Source: Octopus sinensis
Lineage: Eukaryota
NCBI RefSeq assembly: GCF_006345805.1
Contig: NW_021836788.1
Span: 1-22,514, forward strand
DNA: 22,514 nucleotides
Reading direction: 5' to 3'
Of this stretch, positions 8,856 through 19,393 are shown piece after piece. A program made the position numbers and the translations under genes. Under the pieces are notes generated by a model. The model saw nothing but the letters and a program-made list of their open reading frames with translations. It was not told where the DNA came from and searched no databases. Positions within the stretch are counted from its first letter, which is position 1. Every line of letters begins with the position of its first letter.

Positions 8856-9016
8856 TACGATGGGCTTCTTTCAGTTTCCGTCTACCAAATCCACTCACAA
8901 GGCATTGGTCGGCCCGAGGCTATAGCAGAAGAGACTTGCCCAAGATGCCACGCAGTGGGACTGAACCCGGAACCATGTGGTTGGTTAGCAAGCTACTTAC
9001 CACACAGCCACTTCTG
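8599..9016 (-). mobile_element. Family A SINE, full length
   Basis: Reverse complement of 3452-3851, including the internal (TA)n tract. Confidence 0.88.
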
Positions 9017-9235
9017 TGCCTATTGAATTCTATCTGTTTGTATAATTGCTGTGTGAAAACTAATTTACCCTCAGTACTAAAGGAATAGGCAGAAATTTTG
9101 GGCCTATCACAGTTACATGGAAAGAGGGAAAATGAATGTAAGAGGAATATTTAAAATCCAACGACATATCTTTGTCTTAGGAGATAATCCAGGAGAGGGC
9201 AAAGAGAAGAATTATATATCTCTGATTATATACCT

Positions 9236-9644
9236 CAATCAACATCAATGGAAATTGCAGCTGTGATACCAGTGTCGGTGGTACGTAAGAGAATAATCCG
9301 AACGTGGCCGTTGCCAGCGCTGCCCTGACTGGCCTCGTGCTGGTGGCACGTAAAAAGCACAATCTGATCGTGGCATTGCCAGCTTTGCCTGGCCCTCGTG
9401 CCGGTGACACGTAAAAAGCACCATCCAATCATGGCTGTTTGTCGGCCTCGTCTGGCACCTGTGCCGGTGGCATGTAAAAAGCACCCACTACACTCATGGA
9501 GTGGTTGGCGTTAGGAAGGGCATCCAGCCGTAGAAACATTGCCAGATCAGACTGGGCCTGGTGCAACCTTCGGGCTTCCCAGACCCCAGTTGAACCGTCC
9601 AACCCATGCTAGCATGGAAAGCGGACGCTAAACGATGATGATGA
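9236..9644 (+). mobile_element. Retroposon with RTE-type tail and internal repeats
   Basis: Paralog of 3870-4243 with repeated GTGCCGGTGGCA(C/T)GTAAAAAGCAC-like modules. Confidence 0.82.
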
Positions 9645-9693
9645 TTATGAAATGATAGAAGTGGATTAAATTTTCTGTCAAGTAGTCTGACAA

Positions 9694-10009
9694 GGGGAGG
9701 CGCAATGGCCCAGTGGTTAGGGCAGCGGACTTGCGGTCGGAGGATCGCAGTTTCGATTCCCAGACCAGGTGTTGTGTGTGTTTATTGAGGGAAAACACCT
9801 AAAGCTCCACAAGGCTCCAGCAGGGGGTGGTGGCGATCCCTGTTGTACTCTTTCAGCACAACTTTCTCTCACTCTCTCTTCCTGTTTCTTGAGTAACGCT
9901 GTGATGGACTGGCATCCCGTCCAACTGGGGGGAACGCATATGCCACAGAAACCAGGAAACCGGGCCCATGAGCCTGGCTAGGCTTGAAAAGGGCACATAG
10001 AGAAAAAAA
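9694..10009 (+). mobile_element. Full-length tRNA-derived SINE (family C) with 10-bp TSD
   Basis: A box TGGCCCAGTGG, B-box-like GTTTCGATTCC, A-rich tail. TSD AGTCTGACAA at 9684-9693 and 10010-10019. Confidence 0.92.
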
Positions 10010-10714
10010 AGTCTGACAAAGTAGTGCAGGGACATGTCAGGAGAAATGCTCTCAATTGATAATGACAAAATATACTGCATTATTTGGAGTATGTTTAAAG
10101 CACAGCCAAGACACAAACTAAAGGCTTGAAAGGAATGAAGCCTGCATGCTGCACTAGATGTGCAGTGTCAATGTGCATGTATGACAAAGTGTAAATGTGT
10201 TGAAAGAAAAAGTGGGCATAAGAGACATCAGTTATAGTGTGGTTGGGAAGCAAACAGATTACCACACAGCTACACATACATATGCACATACATATATATA
10301 TATATATATATTAAATTAGAGATAATATATTTATACTGTAAAATTAGATTTAATCCTAAATCTAATTTTTCCCTGTAAGTTTGGATTTACTCCCTAATAT
10401 TATATATATGTATATATATATATATATATAATTTCAACAATTGAGGGTAAAATTAATTAATTATTAATCAATTTCACCAAGTATTCAGTATGTAAAGGGA
10501 CCATTTTAGGCGAATTCAAAATATTACATTATATATAAGGGCTTAGTAAAATAAATTACTTTGCCACATACTGAACTCATTAGAAATAGCAGCTAAAGAA
10601 ATTTCTTCAGCTATTTCTAATACTTAAAGAAGATCTCTCTCAGATAGTGTTTGCCTAAACCAACTCACAAAGGTATGGGGGAAAAAACATTAAAAATCAA
10701 GTGCAAAGGTTATT

Positions 10715-10766
10715 TGAGAACGTACGTTTCTAGATTAGTCAATTCGACCTTTCTTTCGTCAGCTCA
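10715..10766 (-). ncRNA. Type I hammerhead-like motif, copy 1
   Basis: Minus strand TGAG-CTGACGA-AAGAAAGGTCGAATTGACTAATCTA-GAAAC-GTAC-GTT-CTCA. Stem I 4 bp; palindromic stem III ACGTACGT; A-A mismatch at the base of stem II. Confidence 0.7.
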
Positions 10767-11268
10767 GAATTCCTTGAATCGGATTTGGGAACACTGAAAG
10801 TTGGAGCATACCCTTTCGGCTTCTTATCACTTCTAGAATTCTGCTCGAACTAAAAGTGCTATCAAATCCGAATATGCAAGCGAAGAATTTCTGCTCTCCC
10901 TTTCCACCAGCGGGGTTAAAATTGACAAACACCATGTATTAACGGTGGAAACCGCAGCATTTAACAGAGAGAGATGAATTATAATTTCAACAATTGAGGG
11001 TAAAATTAATTAATTATTAATCAATTTCACCAAGTATTCAGTATGTAAAGGGACCATTTTAGGCGAATTCAAAATATTACATTATATATAAGGGCTTAGT
11101 AAAATAAATTACTTTGCCACATACTGAACTCATTAGAAATAGCAGCTAAAGAAATTTCTTCAGCTATTTCTAATACTTAAAGAAGATCTCTCTCAGATAG
11201 TGTTTGCCTAAACTAACTCACAAAGGTATGGGGGAAAAAACATTAAAAAATCAAGTACAAAGGTTATT

Positions 11269-11320
11269 TGAGAACGTACGTTTCTAGATTAGTCAATTCG
11301 ACATTTCTTTCGTCAGCTCA
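11269..11320 (-). ncRNA. Type I hammerhead-like motif, copy 2
   Basis: Same as 10715-10766 except one change in stem II. Confidence 0.7.
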
Positions 11321-11636
11321 GAATTCTTACGTGGAAGAAGAAGAAAACGATGCGTGCATTCAATCATAAAATAATAATTTAATAAATAAAACATATGCAT
11401 ACATACATCCATATATGTACATACCTACATCTATATGTATATATACATGCATTTATGAGTACAGGACACCACAAACAAACGTAGAACACAACGAGAAACG
11501 AAAGCATAAAATCAAACAAGGAAACGGACTTTTTTTTAACAACGTAAAAACAGAGTACAAGACAAACAATACAAGGAAAATTCCCCTTCTTCAGCTGCCC
11601 CTGCTTCGACTCAATGCATGTTTTGAAGGTAAGGGC

Positions 11637-11669
<33 letters not shown>

Positions 11670-11719
11670 AGTGTATGTTGGTGTCCCCTTATCTAGAAAT
11701 TGGCCAAACTATTCATTGG

Positions 11720-12467
11720 TTCCAGCATGATATGATCAACTGAAGTCTGCTTGAGGAATTAATATGCATATAGCTGAACCCTCCACAGAGATGTGTGCCA
11801 AGGGAGAACCAGCATGATGTAGAAAGCTGGCCCTTTCAATTACAGGTACTACTCACTTTTTTCAGGTGAGTGGACTGGAACGATGTGAAATGTTAATTTG
11901 TGCGCATGTGGTGTGTATGCATCTGCATTATCTGCAAGTGTGCACTTTAGTATATTATATTATTTCTTTACTACCCACAAGGGGCTAAACACAGAGGGGA
12001 CAAACAAGGATAGACAAACGGATTAAGTCGATTATATCGACCCCAGTGCGTAACTGGTACTTATTTAATCGACCCCGAAAGGATGAAAGGCAAAGTCGAC
12101 CTCGGCGGAATTCGAACTCAGAACGTAGCGGCAGATGAAATACGGATACGCATTTCGCCCGGCGTGCTAACGTTTCTGCCAATCATCATCATCAAAATCA
12201 TCGTCGTCATTATCATCATCATCATCAGCATCATCGTCTTAGTCATCATCATCATCAACATTATAATCATCATCACCATCATCATCGTCATCATCATCGT
12301 CGTCGTTATCGCCGCTGCCCCCGCTGGCAGCTCCCCCCCCATCATCATCATAATCAATATGAAATAAAGTGTCTTACTGAAAGGGAACAGTGTGTTTCCA
12401 GGAGTCGAACACATGGCCTTACCATTGTAAGCCACATACCCTGGTCACTAAGCCACACACCTTCTCC
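11720..12467 (-). mobile_element. tRNA/CORE-type SINE split by a nested insertion
   Basis: Head at 12360-12467 (minus strand TGGCTTAGTG, GTTCGACTCC); body at 11720-11891. TGAAAT is duplicated at 11886-11891 and 12360-12365. Confidence 0.65.
11961..12181 (-). mobile_element. Family B SINE
   Basis: Reverse complement of 7680-7904. Confidence 0.9.
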
Positions 12468-12499
12468 TTACTAGACACTACATGAGGGTTGTAAATGAG

Positions 12500-12965
12500 T
12501 ATCACTTCCATACAAGTGGTGTTGTTCATTTCTAGACTTCTTTGAAAAACATGTCTGGCCATGAGAAGGACAACATGGCTGTCCTTGTGGAAACGCATGG
12601 CTTTAGTGGTTAGGGTGTCAGCATCATGATCGTAAGATTGTGGTTTCGATTCCTGGACTGGGTGATTCATTGTGTTCTTGGGCAAAACACTTCATTTCAC
12701 GTTGCTCCAGTTGACTCAGCTGGCAAAAATGAGTCATCCTGCGACAGGCTGGCGTCCCGTCTAGGTGAGGAATTTATATGCTGTGAAACTGGGAATCTGG
12801 CCCTCATGAGTCAGCGTGGCCTAGGAAGGAACTTTCTTTTCTAAACATTACCTTGTCTGGAAACAGGTAATGGTTACCAACTGGAAGAGCATCCGGCTGT
12901 AGTAAAGTCTGCCTCGTCAAATTGTCTTCAACCCATGCAAGCATGGAAAAGTGAACAATAAATGA
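12500..12965 (+). mobile_element. Diverged RTE-tail retroposon interrupted by a SINE
   Basis: AAAACATGTCTGGCCATG (12546-63) and ACATTACCTTG...GGAAGAGCATCCGGCTGTAG...ACCCATGCAAGCATGGAAA (12845-12950) are contiguous in the paralog at 22090-22280. Confidence 0.6.
12577..12843 (+). mobile_element. tRNA-derived SINE (family E)
   Basis: TGGCTTTAGTGG and GTTTCGATTCC boxes. Paralog at 15943-16200; possible TSD AACAT at 12572-76 and 12844-48. Confidence 0.75.
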
Positions 12966-13156
12966 CAATGGTTTAAGCAACACATATAACCACTCAACTT
13001 TTAAAATTTTCAGACAATTTTTGCAAATTTGTTCTACACATGGGAATTCCTACAAATTTTTGTGTCTGTGATTTAAAGGCGATTTAGCTGTTATTTTTGG
13101 TATATCTCATGACCACCTGACTAAGACGATGATGGTGATGATGATTATAATGTTGA

Positions 13157-13388
13157 TGGCAGAGAGCTGGCAGAAGTGTTAGCACACTGGGCGAAATGCA
13201 TAGCCATATTTCGTCTGCCGTTACATTCTGAGTTCAAATTCCGCCAAGGTCAATTTTGCCTTTCATCCTTTTGGGGTCGATAATTTAAGTACCAGTTACG
13301 CACTGGAGTCGATGTAATCGACTTAATCCGTTTGTCTGTCCTTGTTTGTCCTCTCTGTGTTTAGCCCCTTGTGGGTGGTAAAGAAATA
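13157..13388 (+). mobile_element. Family B SINE
   Basis: GAGCTGGCAGAA...GGGGTCGATAATTTAAGTACCAGT...GTAAAGAAATA. Confidence 0.9.
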
Positions 13389-13392
13389 GATT

Positions 13393-13875
13393 ATAATGAT
13401 GATGATGATGATGATGATGATGACGACAATGATGATGATGATGATGGGGATGATGATGACAACAATATGATGTTGATGACGATGATGATGAAGATGACAA
13501 TGATGACAACAACAATGATGATGATGGGGAATATGCTGATGATGATGATGATGATGATGATTATAGTGATGATGATAACGATGATGACATCAATGATGAT
13601 GATGATGATGTCAATGGCAATAACGATGAGGAGAAAGATGATTATATTTAGAATGACATTGATAATGATGGAGATGGGTGATGACAATGATGATGATGAC
13701 AACGACATCGACGATGATGATGATGATGAGTTGATGTCAACAAATAGGACAATGGCAGTGATGACAAAGTCGAACAGGATTATGTTGACAATGACGGTGA
13801 CAACGACTACATTGACAATCTGACAATGACAATGATGACGACGGTGAGGATTTTGAGAATGATGACGATGATGAT
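13393..13875. repeat. Degenerate (GAT)n microsatellite
   Basis: Directly visible; source of the poly-Asp/poly-Met pseudo-ORFs. Confidence 0.95.
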
Positions 13876-14119
13876 ACAGAATACTATAAGATGCACACTC
13901 GCAGATAATGCACACACATGCATGTAGAAAGGAGCATTTTTACCTTTCTCTTTGCTATAAATTGCATGAACATGAAAGCTCGATAGCAAGCAGGTGCCAT
14001 CGATTAATCTAAATGGCATTTTTTGGGAGCAGGATATCTCGGAAAGTGTATTCCATCGATGTGGAATTAACTTCGCTCGCATCAACCTCTATTTCTATTA
14101 ATGATAGAACAGTGAAAAC

Positions 14120-14323
14120 AATATATATATATGTGTGTGTATGCATGTTTATCTGAATCTATCTATTTATCTATCTAACTTACTATCTATTTATATAAAT
14201 ATAAATATATATGTATATATATATATATCTATATAGACATATATATATGCATGGTTGCATGTATTTATACATATGCATCTGTATATATATATGCATATAT
14301 ATATATATATAGATGCATATATG

Positions 14324-14361
<38 letters not shown>

Positions 14362-14730
14362 CACATATACATTTACATATATATATATGTGTGTATATAT
14401 ATATACATATATATATTTACGTACATATATCTTATCTACCTTATCTATCTATATATTTTATTTATATAAATGTCTATGAATTTATACATATAAGTATGTA
14501 TGTGTGTATATATATATAATATATATATATATGCATATATCCTCATGTATATACACATGCATATATATGTATACATATATACATATGTACACACACACAT
14601 GCACACACATATACACCTATACATATACATATATGTGTGTGTGTGTGTGTATATATACATGTAGAAATATATGTAGATATATATGTATATGTGTATATAA
14701 ATGTACACGCACACACACACGCATGCACAG
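14120..14730. repeat. (TA)n/(CA)n low-complexity tract
   Basis: Directly visible. Confidence 0.93.
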
Positions 14731-15128
14731 AGATAAAGAGGGAAAAAATGGGGAGAATTTATGTGGAGAATCTGATCAGATATTATTGCAGGTTCCTCCT
14801 CTTAAAAGGATCACAGAGTTCCATTATGGGTAAATAATATTATGAAAGCTTTTCTTTGAAACAATCTGGTTATTTATTTTTATGTGATATATGTATGGAA
14901 GCCAATAAGGAGTAAAAAAAAAAAGGGACACTGAAGTTATCTAAGGCAGATTTATTTGAATTGCTGCCCCTTAAGCTTTTTTGTTTGTTTTATTGTCTTC
15001 TGTGGCCAGAGGTTGTTTTATCCAATAAATAATCCGTATTCAGTATTGAGTCATTTGTATGTAAACAAAGAAAAAAAGGTGTGTTTTTTAATGTTTTATA
15101 TATATGTGTGTGTGTGTGTGTGTTTGGA

Positions 15129-15210
15129 TCATCATCGTCATCATCATCATCATCATTATCAGCATTTAATGTCCATTTTCCAAGCTGACACGGGTTGGAT
15201 GGTTCGACAG
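15129..15210 (-). mobile_element. Extreme 3' end of an RTE-type tail with (GAT)n
   Basis: Minus strand CCATCCAACCCGTGTCAGCTTGGAAAATGGACATTAAATG...GATGATG. Confidence 0.6.
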
Positions 15211-15298
15211 GAGGTGACAAGTAGGAATGTAGTACCAGGCCTCCAATTGTATGAGTGTGTATATATATATATATATATACACACATATATACATATAT

Positions 15299-15343
<45 letters not shown>

Positions 15344-15368
15344 ATATATATACATACATATATATATA

Positions 15369-15535
15369 GGTGCAGGAGTGGCTGTGTGGTAAGTAGCTTG
15401 CTTACCAACCACATGGTTCTGGGTTCAGTCCCACTGCTTGGCACCTTGGGCAAGTGTCTTCTACTAAAGCCTTGGGCTGACTAAAGCCTTGTAAGTAGAT
15501 TTGGTAGACGGAAACTGAAAGAAGCCCATCGTATA
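15369..15535 (+). mobile_element. Family A SINE head and core
   Basis: Matches 3452-3613. Confidence 0.88.
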
Positions 15536-15539
15536 TGTG

Positions 15540-15602
15540 TGTGTTTATGTGTGTTGCATGTTTGTATGTGTATATATATATATATATATATCTGTCTATC
15601 TA

Positions 15603-15665
<63 letters not shown>

Positions 15666-15690
15666 GTATATATATATATAGGTATATATA

Positions 15691-15726
<36 letters not shown>

Positions 15727-15745
15727 ATGTATATATATATGTATA

Positions 15746-15787
<42 letters not shown>

Positions 15788-15836
15788 CAATATATATATG
15801 AGATATATGTATATATATATATAATGTATATATATG

Positions 15837-15877
<41 letters not shown>

Positions 15878-15940
15878 ATACACACACACATACATACATA
15901 CACATGCATCAATACGCACTCACACACACATATATATATG
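15540..15940. repeat. (TA)n/(CT)n/(CA)n tract
   Basis: Directly visible. Confidence 0.95.
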
Positions 15941-15942
15941 TT

Positions 15943-16200
15943 GGGAGGCATGTAGCTTAGTGGTTAGAGTGTTGGACTCATGATCATAAGATAACGGTTT
16001 CAATTCCTGGACTGGGTGATGCATAGTGTTCTAAAGCAAAACACTTCATTTCATGTTGTTTGAGTCCACTCAGCTGGCAATCATGAGTCATCCTGTAATG
16101 GACCAGTGTCCTGCCCAGGTGGGGAATATATAAGCCATGGAAACCAGGAGTCAAGCCCTATGAGTCGACATGACTCATGAAGCAACTTTGCTTCGCTTTA
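15943..16200 (+). mobile_element. Family E tRNA-derived SINE
   Basis: TAGCTTAGTGG and GTTTCAATTCC boxes. Paralog of 12577-12843. Confidence 0.8.
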
Positions 16201-16202
16201 TA

Positions 16203-16405
16203 TTCTTTTATTTGTTTCAGTCATTTGATTGTGGCTATATTGGAGCACCACCTTGAAGGATTTTAGTTGAACAAGTTGACCCCAGGACATACTTTGTAAG
16301 CCTGGTACTTATTCTATCAGTCTCTTTTGCTAAACTGCTAAGTTACAGGGATGTAAAATCGCCAACATCAGTTGTCAAGCAATGATGGGGCAATAAATAC
16401 AGACA
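16203..16405 (-). mobile_element. Family A SINE 3' half
   Basis: Diverged match to 8605-8810. Confidence 0.8.
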
Positions 16406-16619
16406 CACACACACACACACACACAGATACATACATACATACATACACACATATATATATATATATAAGTAGGGGCAAAAGAAATAAAAAAAAGAAAAAA
16501 GTTCTAATGCCAAAATATGCCGAAAATGGACACTATGTCAATAACCATGTAATATATCACTAAAAGCACATATTTCAAAGAAAGCCGACAGAAATTTCTA
16601 AAAAATTCCGTTATTACCA

Positions 16620-16673
16620 TATCGGACCCAATTTCAGAGTTAGTTCATAAGAAACTTCTCTTCATCAGTGATA
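16620..16673 (-). ncRNA. Hammerhead-like motif in a putative Penelope-like fragment (about 16475-16760)
   Basis: Minus strand TATCA-CTGATGA-AGAG...CTCT-GAAA-TTGG-GTC-CGATA. Stem I has a first-pair mismatch and stem III is weak. Confidence 0.6.
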
Positions 16674-16786
16674 AATGCGGTAAAGAAATAAGTGAAATAC
16701 TCATACCCATGAAAGAAGCGAGCACTAAGCCACGAGCACAATTAAGTACCCCAAATATATCCAAAATAGAAACTCTCTAGCACACC

Positions 16787-16921
16787 ATACATACATACAT
16801 ACATACATACATACGTACATACATACATACTTGCCTACATACATACGTACACACATACATGCACACATACACACACATACATACATACATACATACATAC
16901 ATACATACATACATACATACA
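16787..16921. repeat. (CATA)n microsatellite
   Basis: Directly visible. Confidence 0.95.
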
Positions 16922-17147
16922 GGGTGTATATACGTAAATGACTGCAGCATTTGAAACCTATTGTAGAGAAACAGAAATACTGGGAAAGAAAAACCATTTT
17001 ACTTATTGTTTGATTGACGAATAAAAAAGAAATCATTTCTTTTCATATCCTTTTGCTTTTTTTTCCTATCTACTTCTTGGTTCCAATTGTGGTTATAATG
17101 TTGCAAAATTAAATTTAAAAGATAGGCAAAGATTTTGTCAACAACGA

Positions 17148-17580
17148 TTATGCAACTACAGAATTCACGAGAATTGCCCTCCAGATGACAACTGTTTATA
17201 AAAGTTGATAACATACAGTGCTAAAGTGGTAATAAAGAACAAAGTTGAACTTAGAATATATATTAGGGCAAATAAACTCACATTAAATTGATTTTATAAA
17301 CAGAAACATTCAATTCTCAGCTCTCATAAAAAAAAAAATAAAAGCGTTGTTAAAATTTATACAATTCTGCTTGAGATAAGATCTTACAAATTCAAAATTA
17401 CCTGGTCGATTGTAAATAAAGAACCACCAAAGAGGAATGGTTGCTTCAAATGAAAATGTGGTGTGATTTTTGTTTAATGAAAAATTAAGAATTTTGTTTA
17501 AAGGCAGAAATATTTTGAACAAAACAATGTTATTTTTAGCAACTTGTGTGCATAAAGTTAAGTATCTTTTATGCAAATAG
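17148..17580 (+). pseudogene. Fossil Penelope-like element GIY-YIG endonuclease
   Basis: One frame 17148-17450 reads LCNYRIHENCPPDDNCL*KLITYSAKV...IYIR...LN*FYKQKHS...FKITWSIV. After two frameshifts it continues CDFCL/NEKLRIL...ILNK...TCVHKVKYLLCK*. This follows the PLE pattern CNCR-CP-C, Y..YIG, R, WSI, CxxCLxEK, LLNK, CRH. Confidence 0.72.
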
Positions 17581-17684
17581 CAACATCTCTTTATTTTCTT
17601 CAGGCTCAGGGAGTACAAACCTTGTTTTCAAAGTGTTTAAAACAAAATTGCATACATACAAATTGCATACAAAATTGCATACAT

Positions 17685-19343
17685 GCGCAGAACTCATTGC
17701 CGAGTGCTATGCAAACATATTCACTGTTGAAAGTCAAAATGTACCATCTTCACCATCACTAACAGCAAACTCCATAACAACTATGGAATTTACACCTGCA
17801 ATGCTGCGACGTCACCTTCAAAATAAGCGCAACTATGCCTCCCCTGGTCTCGATGGAGTTACATACCTGCTTCTAAAAGTGGCAGGCACTTCCTTTTACA
17901 CCAGCTTTCTATTTTCTTCCAGTACTGTCTCAACAATGGTGCTACTCCGGAGCAGTGGAAAACTGCCAGTGTCATTCCTCTGTTCAAAAAGGATGACCGC
18001 ACATCACTGTCAACTATCGCCCAGTCAGTCTCACTAGCTGTATTGCAAAACTGATGGAATCGTGTGTCAGAGAAACACTTTGGAACTTCTGGAGCTCTCA
18101 CAGTCTCATCCGACCCTCACAATATGGATTTGTCCCTAACTCCAGCTGCAGTGACCAGCTGGTCGAGTTCCTTGAGGACATTACTCAGATCACTGACAGT
18201 GGCTCATGGGTGGATGTTGTCTACCTTGACTTTGCTAAGGCTTTCAACTCTGTGCCACACAAAAGGCTTATGGTGAAACTCTCTGCAATGGGTGTGGGGG
18301 ATGGATGACCTTTAACTGGTTGAAATCCTTCATCCTCAGCCGAAAGGAGGTAGTCACAGTTCTAGGACAGCACTCTACCCCATGAGATGTCATCGGTGTA
18401 CCACAGGGATCTGTCTTGGTCCCTCCTGTTTGTGGCATACATTAATGACATAGATGCCAATTTAAAGAATGCCACAGTATTGAAATATGCAGATGACATC
18501 AAGCTGTACCTTGAAATCAAGAGGACTGATCCTGATGTCTACAACTCTTTCCTGCAATCAGACCTAGACACAATGCAGCAATGGATCACAGACTGGCACT
18601 GAAACTGGCTGTGGACAAGTGTACCACCATGCATTTTGGGAGAAAAACCCTGCGTCCACATACTCCCTCCACAACACTGATATCAAGAATCTCTCTTGCG
18701 AGCGTGACCTAGGCATCACTGTCAGCAGTGATTTGCATTGGGACAAAGCATATCTCTAAATTGTCAAGAAGGCCGAGGGTGTCTTGGCATCACTCAGCAA
18801 GACTTTTGTTAGCCGCTCTCCAGCCATCTATTTAAAATTGTATACAGCTATGGTACGACCACACTTGGAATTCGCATCATCAGTTTGGAACCCTTATCTG
18901 CTCAGAACATTGACCTCTGGAATCTGTCCAGAGACGTGCAACCAAACGCATACCTCCATCAGACACCTACCATATTCTGAGCGCCTTGTTTCCCTGGGCA
19001 TGGATTCACTGAAGCTCCGGCGTCTGGTGACGGACTTGGTAAACCACCCACAAGGTTATCACACCACCTCACCAACACACAACACTGAACACCTTTTTGA
19101 TTTCCATGTGTCTAAACACACGTGGACATGCCTACAAAGTCAGAAAACACACGCTCCCATGACTTTCGGAAACATTTTTCACGCTCAGAGTTGCTGAAGC
19201 ATGGAATAAACTGCCTGGGTCAGTTGTTGACTGCCATGACACTGCATCCTTTAAGGCCCTCATGCTTTCCGAAATCCGCCGAAACTACACCTGATTATAT
19301 ATACACTTTAGATGAGTTGTAGTGCACCTGAGCACTGTACACA

Positions 19344-19390
<47 letters not shown>
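17685..19390 (+). pseudogene. 5'-truncated CR1/L2-type LINE reverse transcriptase with (ATT)n tail
   Basis: Motifs SPGLDGV, QYGFVP, VDVVYLDFAKAFNSVPHKRL, GVPQGSV, YADD (18486-18497), YTAMVRPHLEFASSVWNPY and RVAEAWNKLP. Multiple frameshifts and stops; terminal stop at 19292-94; tail 19344-19390. Confidence 0.93.

Positions 19391-19393
<3 letters not shown>

Larger units (their letters stand above)
10427..11326 (-). mobile_element. Direct repeat (346/347 bp, four differences) with 553-554-nt period; Penelope pLTR or retrozyme-like
   Basis: 10427-10772 matches 10980-11326. Each copy has an HHR-like motif near its minus-strand 5' end. Confidence 0.8.

Noticed and set aside
11455-11632. Possible hammerhead in a PLE-like fragment (minus strand CTGAAGA)
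   Set aside because: No GAAA at a compatible position (AAAAC instead) and the stems cannot be closed convincingly.
13371-13823. 150-aa poly-Asp/poly-Met ORF
   Set aside because: It starts in a SINE tail and runs through the (GAT)n tract; no domain or splice support.
14792-14829. 38-nt candidate exon (TTGCAG|...ATGG|GTAAAT)
   Set aside because: Weak pyrimidine tract, unrecognisable peptide and no partner exons.
17584-17603. Strong-looking splice acceptor
   Set aside because: It lies between the PLE fossil stop and the LINE junction, with no downstream donor or coherent exon.
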